Assembly (NCBI GenBank): GCA_030704615.1
Contig: CM060732.1
Span: 7,750,001-7,814,000 of the forward strand
Source of the DNA: Takakia lepidozioides
Taxonomy: Eukaryota; Plantae; Bryophyta
Direction of reading: 5' to 3'
Length of the DNA stretch: 64,000 bases
In this document: positions 12,906-24,300 of the stretch, piece by piece
Layout: every line of letters begins with the position of its first letter
Position numbering within the stretch: the stretch's first letter is position 1
Position numbers and translations under genes: made by a program
The notes under the pieces: model-generated
Told to the model about the DNA's origin: nothing
The model's database searches: none
What the model saw: only the letters and a program-made list of their open reading frames with translations

Positions 12906-14054
12906 TTCTCCACTTAGAGCCGTGGCACCATCTAATGACTGAGGTATGGGCTGATCTGATAAGCTAGAGGGTGCCCGTAGACCATCAAAATTTGCATTTT
13001 CTCCAATGTCCAAACTTCAACGATGAATTTTAGAATGAAAATAAATTAAGCTAGTTCCAAAAATACAAAATTTCCAAATAATTGAACTCACTACAAGGCT
13101 TGACAATATTTGTTTACATTTCATTCAAATTTTTATATGTCACATCTAGTAGATAAGCCTGATTTGTGAGCTGTAGCTCCTAGGTGTTTCTTTTTATTTT
13201 TTATTTTTAAAAAATAGATAATTTAATATACTTTGGAAAAATCTATAGACTTTTAGCAAGAGCCCAAAAATGAGGTGTAGGTGGGTAGCATTGTAAGCCC
13301 TGAAGCTATACCCCCAAAAACTACGTCAAACAGGTTTCATATGATTCGGATATGGCCAAACATGCATTACATAATTTAAATTTGGTCATATTAATTAGTT
13401 CATTTTGGCCTGCCTTTATCGATTTCTACTACCACTTCATACAAAAGTTAACATTATACTCATTACAATAAAGTGAAATTCACATACCGTACCACATATA
13501 AAAAAGGACGTAACATGATTTGAGCCCCAAACCATTGGGGTAACAAAAAGTGTACTATCTAATAAAAGTTCAAAATAATTCAAAATGGATTTAGGGTTGC
13601 GGGGTTATGTGTTGAACGATGAGTCTTGGACTTGGTCGTTTTTCTTTGTTTGTGTCGTGGGATGATTTGCAAGTGCATAGCTAGGGTCCGAGATGGAAGC
13701 TTTGGAGACCATCTGCACTCAAGCGATGCGGGGAGGGTTGAGCTCGACAACTTTGGATACATGCGCGCAATCGATGCGGAGAGGGTTGAAACTCGACAGC
13801 TTCCTAGCTTTTTCATACGGCCCTCAATATCGTCCTCTCTACCCTCCTCTCTACCCCATCTTTCTTTCACATTGTCTACTTCTCCTTAGTCCACGCCCAA
13901 ACGCTCTCCAACTCTTCATCAATCTCGCTCCCACCCTCTTCATTTCTCATGCTTTTGCTGCAGTAGGTCGCTCCAGGCTTGGGTCTTTAGTTGCCGGTTC
14001 TTTAGGGGCACCATTGCCAGGAAGTTGTATTCTAGGGCTCAGCCATTTACATAT

Positions 14055-14320
14055 TCATGAAGGGAAAAGAGGTCCATGGTGACATCGTCAAGGCTGGAAT
14101 AGTACCAGATGTCATTCTGAACAATACCCTTGTTGATATGTATGCCAAATGTGGGAGCACTGTGGATGCAAATGAAGTGTTTGATGGGCAAACGAGATGT
14201 GGTGTTCTGGAGTGCTATGATTGCAGGATATGCACAACATGGATATGGGGGATGGAGGCTTTGAAGACCTGTGAGCAAATGCACATCAGCAGGGGTGAAG
14301 CCAGACCGAGTCACATTCAT
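14055..14320 (+). pseudogene. PLS-class PPR gene fragment
   Basis: KGKEVHGDIVKAGIVPDVILNNTLVDMYAKCGS...; frameshifted; same family as the PPRs at 50-52 kb and 57-58.7 kb. Confidence 0.85.
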
Positions 14321-14348
14321 TTATGTTGTGTCATATCTTCATGCCAAT

Positions 14349-15465
14349 TTCACCAATTTGGGTGTGCTATGGCTTGGTGGATTTGTAGCAAGTAGGGTAA
14401 TGAAGATATGCTAGCCTTCAGAGCCATAAAGATTTTCAAGGGGTTGTGGTCTGGCCCCCAACATAGCTGCACTTGTTGTTCAAGTTTCCAGACATTCAGC
14501 TACTTTGATGGGCCTATCTTCTTGTCAATTCCTCCATTTGTGGTGTGCTATGGCTTGGCACATTTCTAACAAATAGTGTGATCAACATATGGTGGCCATC
14601 AGAGCTTTGGAATTTCGTAAGGTGTTGTGGTCTGGCCCCCAGCAGATCTGCACTTGTTGTTCAAGTTTCCGGACGTTCAGGTACTTAAATGGGCCTCTCT
14701 TCTTGCCAATTGCTCCAATTGTGGTGTGTTATGGCTTGAAACATTTCTAACAACTAGTGTGATCAAGTTATGGTGACCTCTAGAGCTCTGAATCTTATTG
14801 AAGGGTTGTGGTCTGGCCCCCAACAAATCTGCACTTGTTGTTCAAGTTTCCGGACGTTCAGGTACTCAGATGGGCCCATCTCCTTGCCAATTCCTCCAAT
14901 TGTGGTGTGCTATGGCTTGAAAAAATTCTAACAACTAGTGTGATCAAGTTATGGTGGCTTCCTTAGCTCTGAATTTTCTTAAGGGGTTGTGGTCTGGCCC
15001 CCAACAGATCTGCACTTGTTGTTCAAGTTTCCGGACGTTCAGGTACTTAGATGGGCCTATCTTCTTGGCAATTGCTCCAGTTGTGGTGTGCTATGGCTTG
15101 AAACATTTCTAACAACTAGTGTGATCAAGGTATGGTGGCCTCCTGAGCTCTGAATTTTCTTAAGGGGTTGTGGTCTGGCCCCCAACAGATCGGCACTTGT
15201 TGCTCAAGTTTCCGGACGTTCAGGTACTCAGATGGGCCTATCTCCTTGGCAATTGCTCCAGTTGTGGTGTGCTATGGCTTGAAATATTCCTACTAGTGTG
15301 ATCAAGGTATGGTGGCCTTTTGAGCTCTTCATTTCTTAAGGGGTTGTGGTCTGGCCCCCAACAGATCTGCACTTGTTGTTCAAGTTTCCGGACGTTTAGG
15401 TACTCAAATGGGCCTATCTCCTTGGCAATTGCTCCAATTGTGGTGTGCTATGGCTTGAAACATTT
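14349..15465 (-). repeat. 181-bp satellite array, inverted orientation (~6 units)
   Basis: Reverse complement of the 11205-12612 unit (GGTTGTGGTCTGGCCCCCAACAGATCTGCACTTG...). Confidence 0.95.
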
Positions 15466-16340
15466 CACTGAGGTGTCTTTAACCACTCACAATTTACCAC
15501 CGTCCAAGTGATACCAATCACTGCGGTGTCTTTAACCACTCACTATGTACCACTGTCCAAGTGGTACTAATCACTGAGATGTCTTTAACCACATAACATT
15601 CTAGAACTAACATGAGAGGCTGAAAACCTGGCTATGTTGGCTACCTACATTTTAACGGCATTTGTACAACCAACCGCTATTCCAGTTGAGGAAAGTGATT
15701 AAGAGGGTGACGATGTTTCAGATTCAGAATAAAGTTTATTGTGGAACCATTTGTTCAATAGCATCATCCTACAATGGTCTGGACAGTTTTTCAAAGTCTG
15801 TCACAGGTGCACAAACCACTTAAAGTTTTTCATGTATCACCACAAAAATGGTACCAATCACTGTTGTGTAGGCAACCACTCATGAGCGACCACAGAATAG
15901 TGGTTCCAATTACTACAGTGTCTTTCACCACCCACTCTCTACCACTGTCAAAGTGGTTAATTAAAATAAATTTCCAAATCATAAATTATAAATAAAATTT
16001 GAATTATTACACGTGGAGTAGCAAGTGGTTTCAACCACTTCCCATCACTGAGGTGTCTATAACCATTCGCAATGTACCACTGCACCCATCCACTGCACCC
16101 ATCCACGTGGAATATTATATTTATTAACTAAAATATATTACCAAATAATAAATAATAAATAAAAACAAATTATTATACGTGGACACTTCCAACCACTGTC
16201 CGTGATGCCATCGCGGCATTTCATGGGGAGAAACCACCGGCAAGTGGTTACTATTGCAAGTGGTTACTAGTGGTTTATAGAGTGGGAAAAGACAATAGTG
16301 GTTAAAGGGCCAGTGGTTATTCTGCGTTTTCCTTCTAGTG
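15466..16340. mobile_element. CACTA/En-Spm terminus with subterminal repeats
   Basis: Ends ...GCGTTTTCCTTCTAGTG at 16340 (CACTAGAAGGAAAACGC on minus); dense AACCACT/AGTGGTT motifs; partner TIR not found in the window. Confidence 0.75.
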
Positions 16341-17631
16341 TATGCATACCATTTTCGACATCTGCAGCAAGTGCTTCATCGCAGCCTCCACAAGTTCGGT
16401 GGTGGTCTCCGATGTGTCACTCTCTTCAGATGGTTTTGGTCCATTTTCCTCTCCTCGATAGTATTGACTTGTCAGCTTCTTGCTTTCAAGATCTCATCGT
16501 AAGGAACAGCACAATTTTTCGCCCAGTGGCCAAACTTGCCACATCGATTGAAGTTCATCGATTGTTTCCTGTCGACGTTGTGTCTAGACCCGCCGCCAGG
16601 CTTTCGCTATCCTTCTGACCGTTTGTAGTTTTGGGCAAATCTCTGAAACTTCACCCACAAAGCTTCTTCGTCCTTCTTCTTGTTCTTGAGCTCTCTCCTA
16701 CTCTCTTCATGCAACAGTTTTGATGTTAGTTCTTCTAGAGTAGGTAGATCCCTTTGACTCAACACCAACTGGACATAGTGCTCATAACTCTCCGGGAGAG
16801 CGTTCATGACCATTTCGACCACAATATCATCAGATATTTTCTCTCCAAAACTAGCCAACTGATTTAGTAAGTCTGTGACATGCTCTAGAAAATTTTCCAT
16901 TGGTGTGTCCTCCTCCATTTTGAGATTAGTCAGCTTGTTGCGGATGAGTAATCTCCTCGAAGATGCCTTGACCTTGTACAGACTAGCAGGAGTATCCCAG
17001 ATTTGCTTGGGCTCCTTCAAGTGTTGTATATAAGGAATGACCTTGTCTGACATGGACAGATAATCGTGAGAGCTCTCCGTTTTTGCCTTCTGAAGGCCTC
17101 TTCCCGACCTTCAATTGGCTCAGTGTCTTCCTCTACAATGTCTAACAAATCTTCTCTCAATAGTATGTTGCTAACTTTGAACCGCCACACACTATAGTTG
17201 GACTGTCCAACTAACTTGTTCGCTTCCGAGATAGTATGTTCGATGACTCCTGACATTGTGATTGAAAATAAAGAAAAAAGAAAAGAAAAGGAAAGAAAGA
17301 AATGGAGGCTCGAACGTAAGAGAAGACAGAAGAAGAGAAGAAGTAGAAGAAGAAGAACGTAAAGACAAAAGAAGAACGTAATAGTGACTCGCTTTGGAGC
17401 TGAGCTCCACAAAGCCAACGATGTCTACTTAGCAAAAGAAACGTTCAGCGGCGGAGCAGTGCTCAACGTCTGACTTCAAGTACAATGATTCCATTGGTCT
17501 CTCCCCCGACTCTGATACCATGAAGAATTTCACATACAGTATATTGAGGATCAATGAGACTGGAATACAAGGCCTCTGGAGAGCAAGCCATATATACAGT
17601 GGTGGCACCGCCGAGTCTAATAAATGTAACA
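16341..17631 (-). mobile_element. gag: Truncated Ty1/Copia element: 5' LTR, PBS and frameshifted gag
   Basis: PBS-Met TGGTATCAGAG at 17520-17510 next to a short putative LTR (17521-~17631). Gag from ATG 17256 (KLVGQSNYSVW...ALPESYEHYV) with a degenerate CCHC knuckle (CGKFGHWAKNC); cut off at the CACTA end. Confidence 0.85.
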
Positions 17632-17796
17632 TGGCTCATTAGCTAGAAGAGCCATACTAATCGGAATGAATAACTGTCAACTACCCCTAAGTAATTACTA
17701 TGGCCTGCAGCTACACCGATGCAATCGGTGATCCATGTGAAATGTCTTTAAAGCTAGCCTGATCATTCAACAGAAAAAGTTGCCCTATGAAGCAAC

Positions 17797-18377
17797 TGTT
17801 AGGTGCCTTGAACAAAGATCGAGACCTGTCGACCAGTTTGGCGAAGCAAGTGACTGCTAGAAGACTGCCGAACTGACAGTTGCAGGTCGAATGGAGCAGG
17901 CTCGCGTTCACGAACAGATCCACGATTAGGGATTTAAGAAAGTGGGCTTGGAGATGGCAAGGGTGGAGAAGAGAAAAGAATGATGGTGTACAGGCATCTA
18001 GAGCAGATCTGTATTGACAGGAAACCAGTGTAGCATGGCGTGGAGGGGCGGACTGGACATCGTAGTCCAGTACTGTGCATAGATAGAATGGCATGAGATG
18101 AGTACATAGGTTGACAGGGAGATCTTTTGAACAAGGAATCAGGCCAGAGTAGGAGTGACGATCACTTGATCGATCTGTGAATTTGTAAATGAGGGAAGTG
18201 GAATAAGAATAGGGCCTTGGCTGGAACTCAGATATAGATGAGAGTCCGGTTGAAACAAAATCCCGAGCAATCAGTTTTCCTTGGAGTTTTTGTAAATTCC
18301 CTGTGAACAGCAAACCAAGCAAAGCGCCTGAAATTTTGTCGTAGTTGGACAAAGAAAAGAGAGTCAGATCTTTTACA
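17797..18377 (+). repeat. Gypsy 5' LTR (581 bp)
   Basis: TGTTAGG...TTTTACA; matches the 3' LTR except a 130-bp deletion, a 6-bp indel and 2 substitutions seen by eye. Confidence 0.95.
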
Positions 18378-18456
18378 AGTGGTATCAGAGCTGGTTTGCG
18401 ATCGGGCAGAACAGATTGTGGATTTCGCAATTTCCAGAAGTAGGGTAATCGTGTGA

Positions 18457-19644
18457 ATGAGCCAGATCTCATTCGGCTCTGTGAGCACGCAACCTGGTGA
18501 CGACGATCAAGATAGTGAAATGGCTGGAGATCGTGAGCGCTCAGATGCGGCCAGTCTACACCGAGCTTCAGATCGCGAACATGGAAGTCAGTTATTTTCC
18601 CAGCAGCAAATGGAGGCCTTAGGTACTTTGATTCGATCTGAGATACAGAAGTTGGCCCCTGCACAAACTCAAACTGACAAGCGATCTAGGGAGCTGCCTG
18701 TGAGTGAGCCACTGAATGAGGACGAATCTGAGGCTGACTCCCATGAGGCCAAGATGAAAAGAAGCAAGGATGTCACCAGGGAGATCAGAAGATTGGTGAA
18801 GTTGCCAGAATTCTATGGTAAGCCATCTGTCAAGCCTGAAGAAATATTGTCTTTCTTGGATACCTTAGAAGAGTTCTTTGAGGACGATTATTCAGAGGAA
18901 GCCAAGATACAGACAGCTGCTCTACAGCTCCGTGATGCCGCCAAGCTATGGTGGTCGCGTCAGAAGCAGGAACGCCGTGAACACAAGAAACCATCTGTGG
19001 ATAGTTGGGCTATGTTTAAGACACTGTTCTTAGCCCATTACCTACCTGGCGACTATGCACACAAGACGAAAGTTGAATTGTTCAGACTGAGACAGGAGAC
19101 TATGAGCGTGGGAGAGTTTAAGACGAGATTTGAAACCCATGCCAGTTATTTCCCCTCGTTGAGTGAAGAGGACAGAGTTGATTTTTTTGTCGATGGCCTC
19201 AGTGATTCTCTCAAATTTAAGGTCAAAGCCCACAACCCTCGTACAGAGGCAGAAGCATATCGTTTGGCCTGCAATTTTGAGAATGAAGTAAGGGCACAAC
19301 GTTCTTCGAACTTTGCCCGTGGCACGGCCGAGTTCAAGCCTAGATCATCTGGTCCTTGGCAGTCACCAGCGAAGAGAGGGAATTGGAAGAGATTTAAACC
19401 GTTTAAGAAGGCAGGGGATCAAACTATACGGAGACCGCCAATGAGGGCTCCCCCAAGGCTCAGTTTCAAAGAACAGGAAGAACACAGGCGTAAGGGTTTG
19501 TGTTTCTTGTGCCATGAACCTGGACACAGAGCTGCTGAGTGTATGAAGTACCCAAATTCTCGTCAGGCTCGACAGACAGCCGCCTTAACAGTTGAAGGAC
19601 CTACAGAACCTTATGTGGTTGTTGAAACTGGAGAGAAATCATGA
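18457..19644 (+). CDS. gag: Gypsy Gag with CCHC zinc knuckle
   Basis: LQLRDAAKLWW...SWAMFKTLF...LRQETMSVGEF...FVDGL; CFLCHEPGHRAAEC. Confidence 0.93.
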   Translation: MSQISFGSVSTQPGDDDQDSEMAGDRERSDAASLHRASDREHGSQLFSQQQMEALGTLIRSEIQKLAPAQTQTDKRSRELPVSEPLNEDESEADSHEAKMKRSKDVTREIRRLVKLPEFYGKPSVKPEEILSFLDTLEEFFEDDYSEEAKIQTAALQLRDAAKLWWSRQKQERREHKKPSVDSWAMFKTLFLAHYLPGDYAHKTKVELFRLRQETMSVGEFKTRFETHASYFPSLSEEDRVDFFVDGLSDSLKFKVKAHNPRTEAEAYRLACNFENEVRAQRSSNFARGTAEFKPRSSGPWQSPAKRGNWKRFKPFKKAGDQTIRRPPMRAPPRLSFKEQEEHRRKGLCFLCHEPGHRAAECMKYPNSRQARQTAALTVEGPTEPYVVVETGEKS

Positions 19645-20488
19645 CAAGAAAATGGGAAAGGTCCTAATGTGCGGGTTTCTGCAGCTATCATTGGAGACCA
19701 AATAGAGCATGACCCCAGTGTGATACGGGTTCATGGGAGAGTGGCTGGAATTCCCACTCAAGTGCTGATTGATACTGGCAGCACTCACAACCTGTTGTCA
19801 AAGGATTTTGCTGACAAATTGGGACTAGTTCAAGAAGACATGCAACCCTGTCAAATCTTGTTACCAGATGGTGGCGTGGATTCTACGCACAAACACATCC
19901 CAAAGGTACCAATGGACATGCAAGGAGTACGGACTATGGCTGACTTCGAGGTCTGGGAGGGAGCTCGGTACGACTGCATCCTTGGCATGCGGTGGCTGGA
20001 TCCGGTTGATGCTGTGGTGGCTTGCAAATCCGGACTGGTTAGTGGTACCTTGCCCAACGGGAAGGGATTCAATATCAAAGGTATTAGAGCTCTTCCCAAT
20101 ATACCTGTTTTGTCAGCTATTCAAATGAAGAGATGTATCCGGAAGGGAAATACTCAGCTTTTTGCTGTTAGCTTGCATGAGATCTTGGAAACAAATCAGG
20201 GAGAAGGGAAGTCACATCCCAGACTTAGCCTGGTCCTGAATGAATATAAAGATATGTTTCCTGATGAGCTCCCTGGGATGCCCCCTGAATGGGAGGTTGA
20301 TCATGCAATCGAGTTGATGTCAGATGCTGTACCGGTTGCAAGGGCACCGTACAGGCATTCAATTGCAGAAAATGAAGAATTAGAAAGGCAGTTGAATGAC
20401 TTGTTGGAAAATGGGTATATACGTCCAAGTAAATCCCCTTGGGGTGCCCCTGTAATGTTTAAGAAAAAGAAAGACGGAACTTTGAGAC
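19645..20488 (+). pseudogene. pol: Gypsy pol 5' part (aspartic protease, start of RT)
   Basis: VLIDTGSTHN protease motif, ILGMRWL, IRPSKSPWGAPVMFKKKKDGTL; in frame with gag after one TGA; broken by the MULE. Confidence 0.93.
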
Positions 20489-21344
20489 GGGGAATGCTTG
20501 CGCGTGAGCCTGGCCGCGTGAGCCTGTGAGCCTGTGAGCCTGGCTAGGCTCACGCCACGTCAGCAAGCTTCCACGTGTTCAGGCCGTAATTCCGTGCTTA
20601 CCCCCCCTATTACCGCGGATCAGCTGTCGCCTATGTCCTAATTTTTTATCCCTCTTCAAGGCCCCCACATGAATATTCTTTGTGGCCGAGAACAATGGCA
20701 GGTTTGCGGATGAATTATGATTGAGGTCATGACTTTGGAATGAGGAGATCGTCCACTAGAGAACTGAATATTAAAACCAAACATTTTTTTTGGGCAAAGC
20801 AGTACATTCATTCCAACACACAATCATTTTTCAATTCCGCAATCCGAAGACCTATTTTAGGCAATCCCCAACTGTACTTACGGGAACGCGCAAAGAACTT
20901 GAAAAACAGTTTGGAGATGGAAGCAAAACCAAAATACAATTTATTGAGCCTCGGTACTTGAACCTAAAGAAATATTGGAGGTTTCAGAGGAACCACTTCC
21001 AGAGTGTACATCAATATCATCTATGAATACAGCAGCACATCCATGACGTTTTTTTTTTCCTCGACCTTCATGGAGATGCGAGTACAGTGTTTGTTCGGAT
21101 AATACCCGTGCGCAAGCTTCCGCGTAAACCGGCAAGCGGTTGGATCTAGGGGGACTCGGGGACATGTAGTATCCTTAGAAACCGAAAGGCGTCTGCTGAT
21201 TCGATGACTGGTGCTGAACTCTGCAAAGCAAGAAGAGGAATGGTGGTATATGTTAACATCCAGATATAGACAACGGAAGCCACTATTTCTCGAATGGGAA
21301 CGACACAAGGAAATGTAACATATTTTGCACGAGTACACAAGAAC

Positions 21345-24300
21345 TTACTCACACTCAAAATCGGAGTCCACGTCCAGATCCTCGTCAGGCGCTTCGGGCT
21401 CCTCCAGAAGTCCCTCTGTGGATGGGGCAGAAGTAGTGCCCGACTCAAGCTGACGAAGCTCGCTTGAGAAGAGCTTTGTATCAGCTTCCATGCCGAAGAA
21501 GTGCCTTCCGGCGCTCTTGCAAGCATGAAAACATGCTCCTGCAAATCCAAGAAGAACGAGAAATAAAAACCAGGATTCCCTAAGGTCACTGCCCATATGT
21601 CAAACACAATGTGAAGGGCCCCACCTGTGCCCATAGACAAGTCAACCACTCGTCCACCATGACGGCTGCATGTCTCCACCAAAGTCTGCATGAAAGCTGG
21701 AGATTTCTCCCGTGCACCTCTCCAAGGGACACCATTCGTCCTTTTCATAGTCCGACCCGAGTCGACGTAATTGAAGATAACATCATCCTCCACAGGCTCG
21801 CAGTGGGGTCAATGTGAGCTGCAAGGTCCCTCAACTGAAACTCAGCAACACCAGCAGGAAGAGTGTCCGTCCGCCTCACCAGGCACAAAGCTTCGAACAC
21901 TCGTGTCTGTCATTAATCACGAAGAGGGAATGAGACAGAAGTCATAACCCACCATTTTGATTTACCGGAAAACCACGAAACATCAATTGAAAGGAACCAA
22001 CTCATTTCTGCCCCGGGAACTCGCCCTTCGTAAGAGGCAGAGTATTGATGCATGTCCAAGTTTTGATGACACGAAACCCGGAAGCTTTCATGTAGCTGAA
22101 AAGAGTTCTTCGAGCCGACATGTCCTTTGACTGCATGAGAAGAAGAGCCCCCGAGTCCGAAAGGAACTTGTTGCTGAACGAGAAAGCCCACTGCCAGTAA
22201 CGAGAATCCGATTTGTTCCAAGTCGGGGTCGAATTGGAAGGAAACACATCAGGGACAGCAAAACCGTCAGGAATGTCCAGCACCACAAGGTCAGTCGCGT
22301 ATGCCTGTTGAACTCCATTCACCCATTCCGGACTTTTTGTGACCTACAGCCAAAAACATGAGACATTGTAAGAAGCCCAATCCAAATCTAACAGGAGATC
22401 AATCCCCTGGACAAGCCACAACAAGCTGCCAAACACAATTATTCATACAACAGTTTAGACATAAGTTTTCACCTGAGTGAGGAACGAAACAAGCATGTCC
22501 CATGATTTCGAGGGCACCCCTTTGAATGTGGACTTCCTCGACTCCATCATTGAAAGAAAACTTTCATTCAGCACCTTACGATTGAACTGGCCCAAAACCC
22601 TGGAGGGATGTTCTCTCGCCTCGAAAACTTGCTCCCTGGACTTTGAAGTTCTCCTATCCCTCCTTGCAGGAGAAGGCTGTCTTTCAGGAACCTCTGACGG
22701 TCCCTGTCCTTGCGGAGCTGCACTTTTCCCCTTCCCCTTCGGATCCCCGACAACCTTCCCCTTTCGTTTTGGAGTAGCAGTTTTCTCGGGCTCTTTTGCA
22801 GCCAGAGCCGAAATGATTCTGTCCTGGATGTCTTTCTCAGCCAATGGGGCAATCGCTGCGGCATTGTCGTTCAGGTTTCTCAAAACAACTTCATCGAATG
22901 GGGTGTCCTGTTTTGGCAGGTCGAGGTACCACCCACAGTCTCGGAAGTGCGCCCTGCTCCAGTCTTTGGCAATACCAGCCGTGTACATTGTCTTGTCATT
23001 GGAGGGGTCAGCCCATGAATAGATGAAGTCTGGGTCATCGCTAAGGTACTTTCCCGGTATGAGGATATGATACATATACCTGAATCACACACAAAAAACC
23101 CAGACAGTCATTCGATCAGAAAACGAAAAAGAACACACATCCGGAAAAAGATATTGAAATGCAGGAAGGCAACACTGAGAATTCTACTTTTGAAATCCCG
23201 AATCAACCTTGCGTTGACGCAATGTTCATTCGAGCAGAAATGGGGAACACCAAATGATAATGTTGTATTAATAGAGACAACGACTGAGAAGCGCAATTCA
23301 ACATTGCTTCAACGCAAGGTTGTTTTCATTCAGAGAGGAAATGGAAAACACTGCCTGAAAACTACCATCAGACTATGTACTGGTGCGGATATTCAACATT
23401 GCGTTGGCGCAATGTTGAAATCCTCTGTTGAAACACATGTCAATGCTATCTCATAATCATAAGTTTCCTACAATTGTATTGAAATCGGGGGATGGCTACG
23501 GGAAATTTCCAGCAATCCATACCGCCAAACAACCTTGCGTCAACGCAAGGCTGTTTGTTGGTACAGTGAAAGTTGTAAATAGCATTTCAAACCGACTCCA
23601 AACAGTCTTATGTTCATCTTCGCAGCATTGGAACTGGATTTGAACTACCCAAAACCACAGGAAAAGCTACATAGCCTGCCACTTCATCAACCTTGCGTTG
23701 ACGCAAGGCTGATTTTCCTATCAGTTTATCCCCTTTCACATTCAGAAAAACGGCATTATGGGATACTTAGGTATAGGTAAGGAAACCAGGACAAAGGGAA
23801 ACAACCTTGCGTTAACGCAATGTTGCTCGACTGCACATGCAGAGCCCTCAGAGATCTCGCAAAGCACTGCAAATTCGCAATTCTTTATGGAAAGAACGAC
23901 ACAAGATTGCAGAAACATGCCCTTCAAGCACCAATTTTGATTCAAGGAGGTCACACCTGTACAACACTCGCTTCATTGCTTGCTCGCTGTTGTACTGGTT
24001 TTTGAATTCGTAAGACCTGGAGATTCCTTTCTCTTTCTCAAACTCCCTGAAGAAGCAGTTGTTCCAGACAGCGAGCTTCCATCTCCTGATATAGGCCTCC
24101 AGTGTGATCCGGGGGCAAGCCATCTGGATTTTGTAGTCTGCCATCGACTCAGCAAGTGCAGCCACTGCGCGTTTTTCTAACTGCAACAAGAAAGCTCGTA
24201 AGAATTTTCAAGAGGTTACGGAGCATCAAAAATGTCTGAAAATGGTTTGGTTCAAACCTTACCTGGCTCCAGAATGTGGCTTTGTGTAGCCACTGGTCGA

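Noticed and set aside
17711-18664. 317-aa minus ORF (and 34293-34835)
   Set aside because: Antisense reading of the Gypsy LTR with no recognisable domain.
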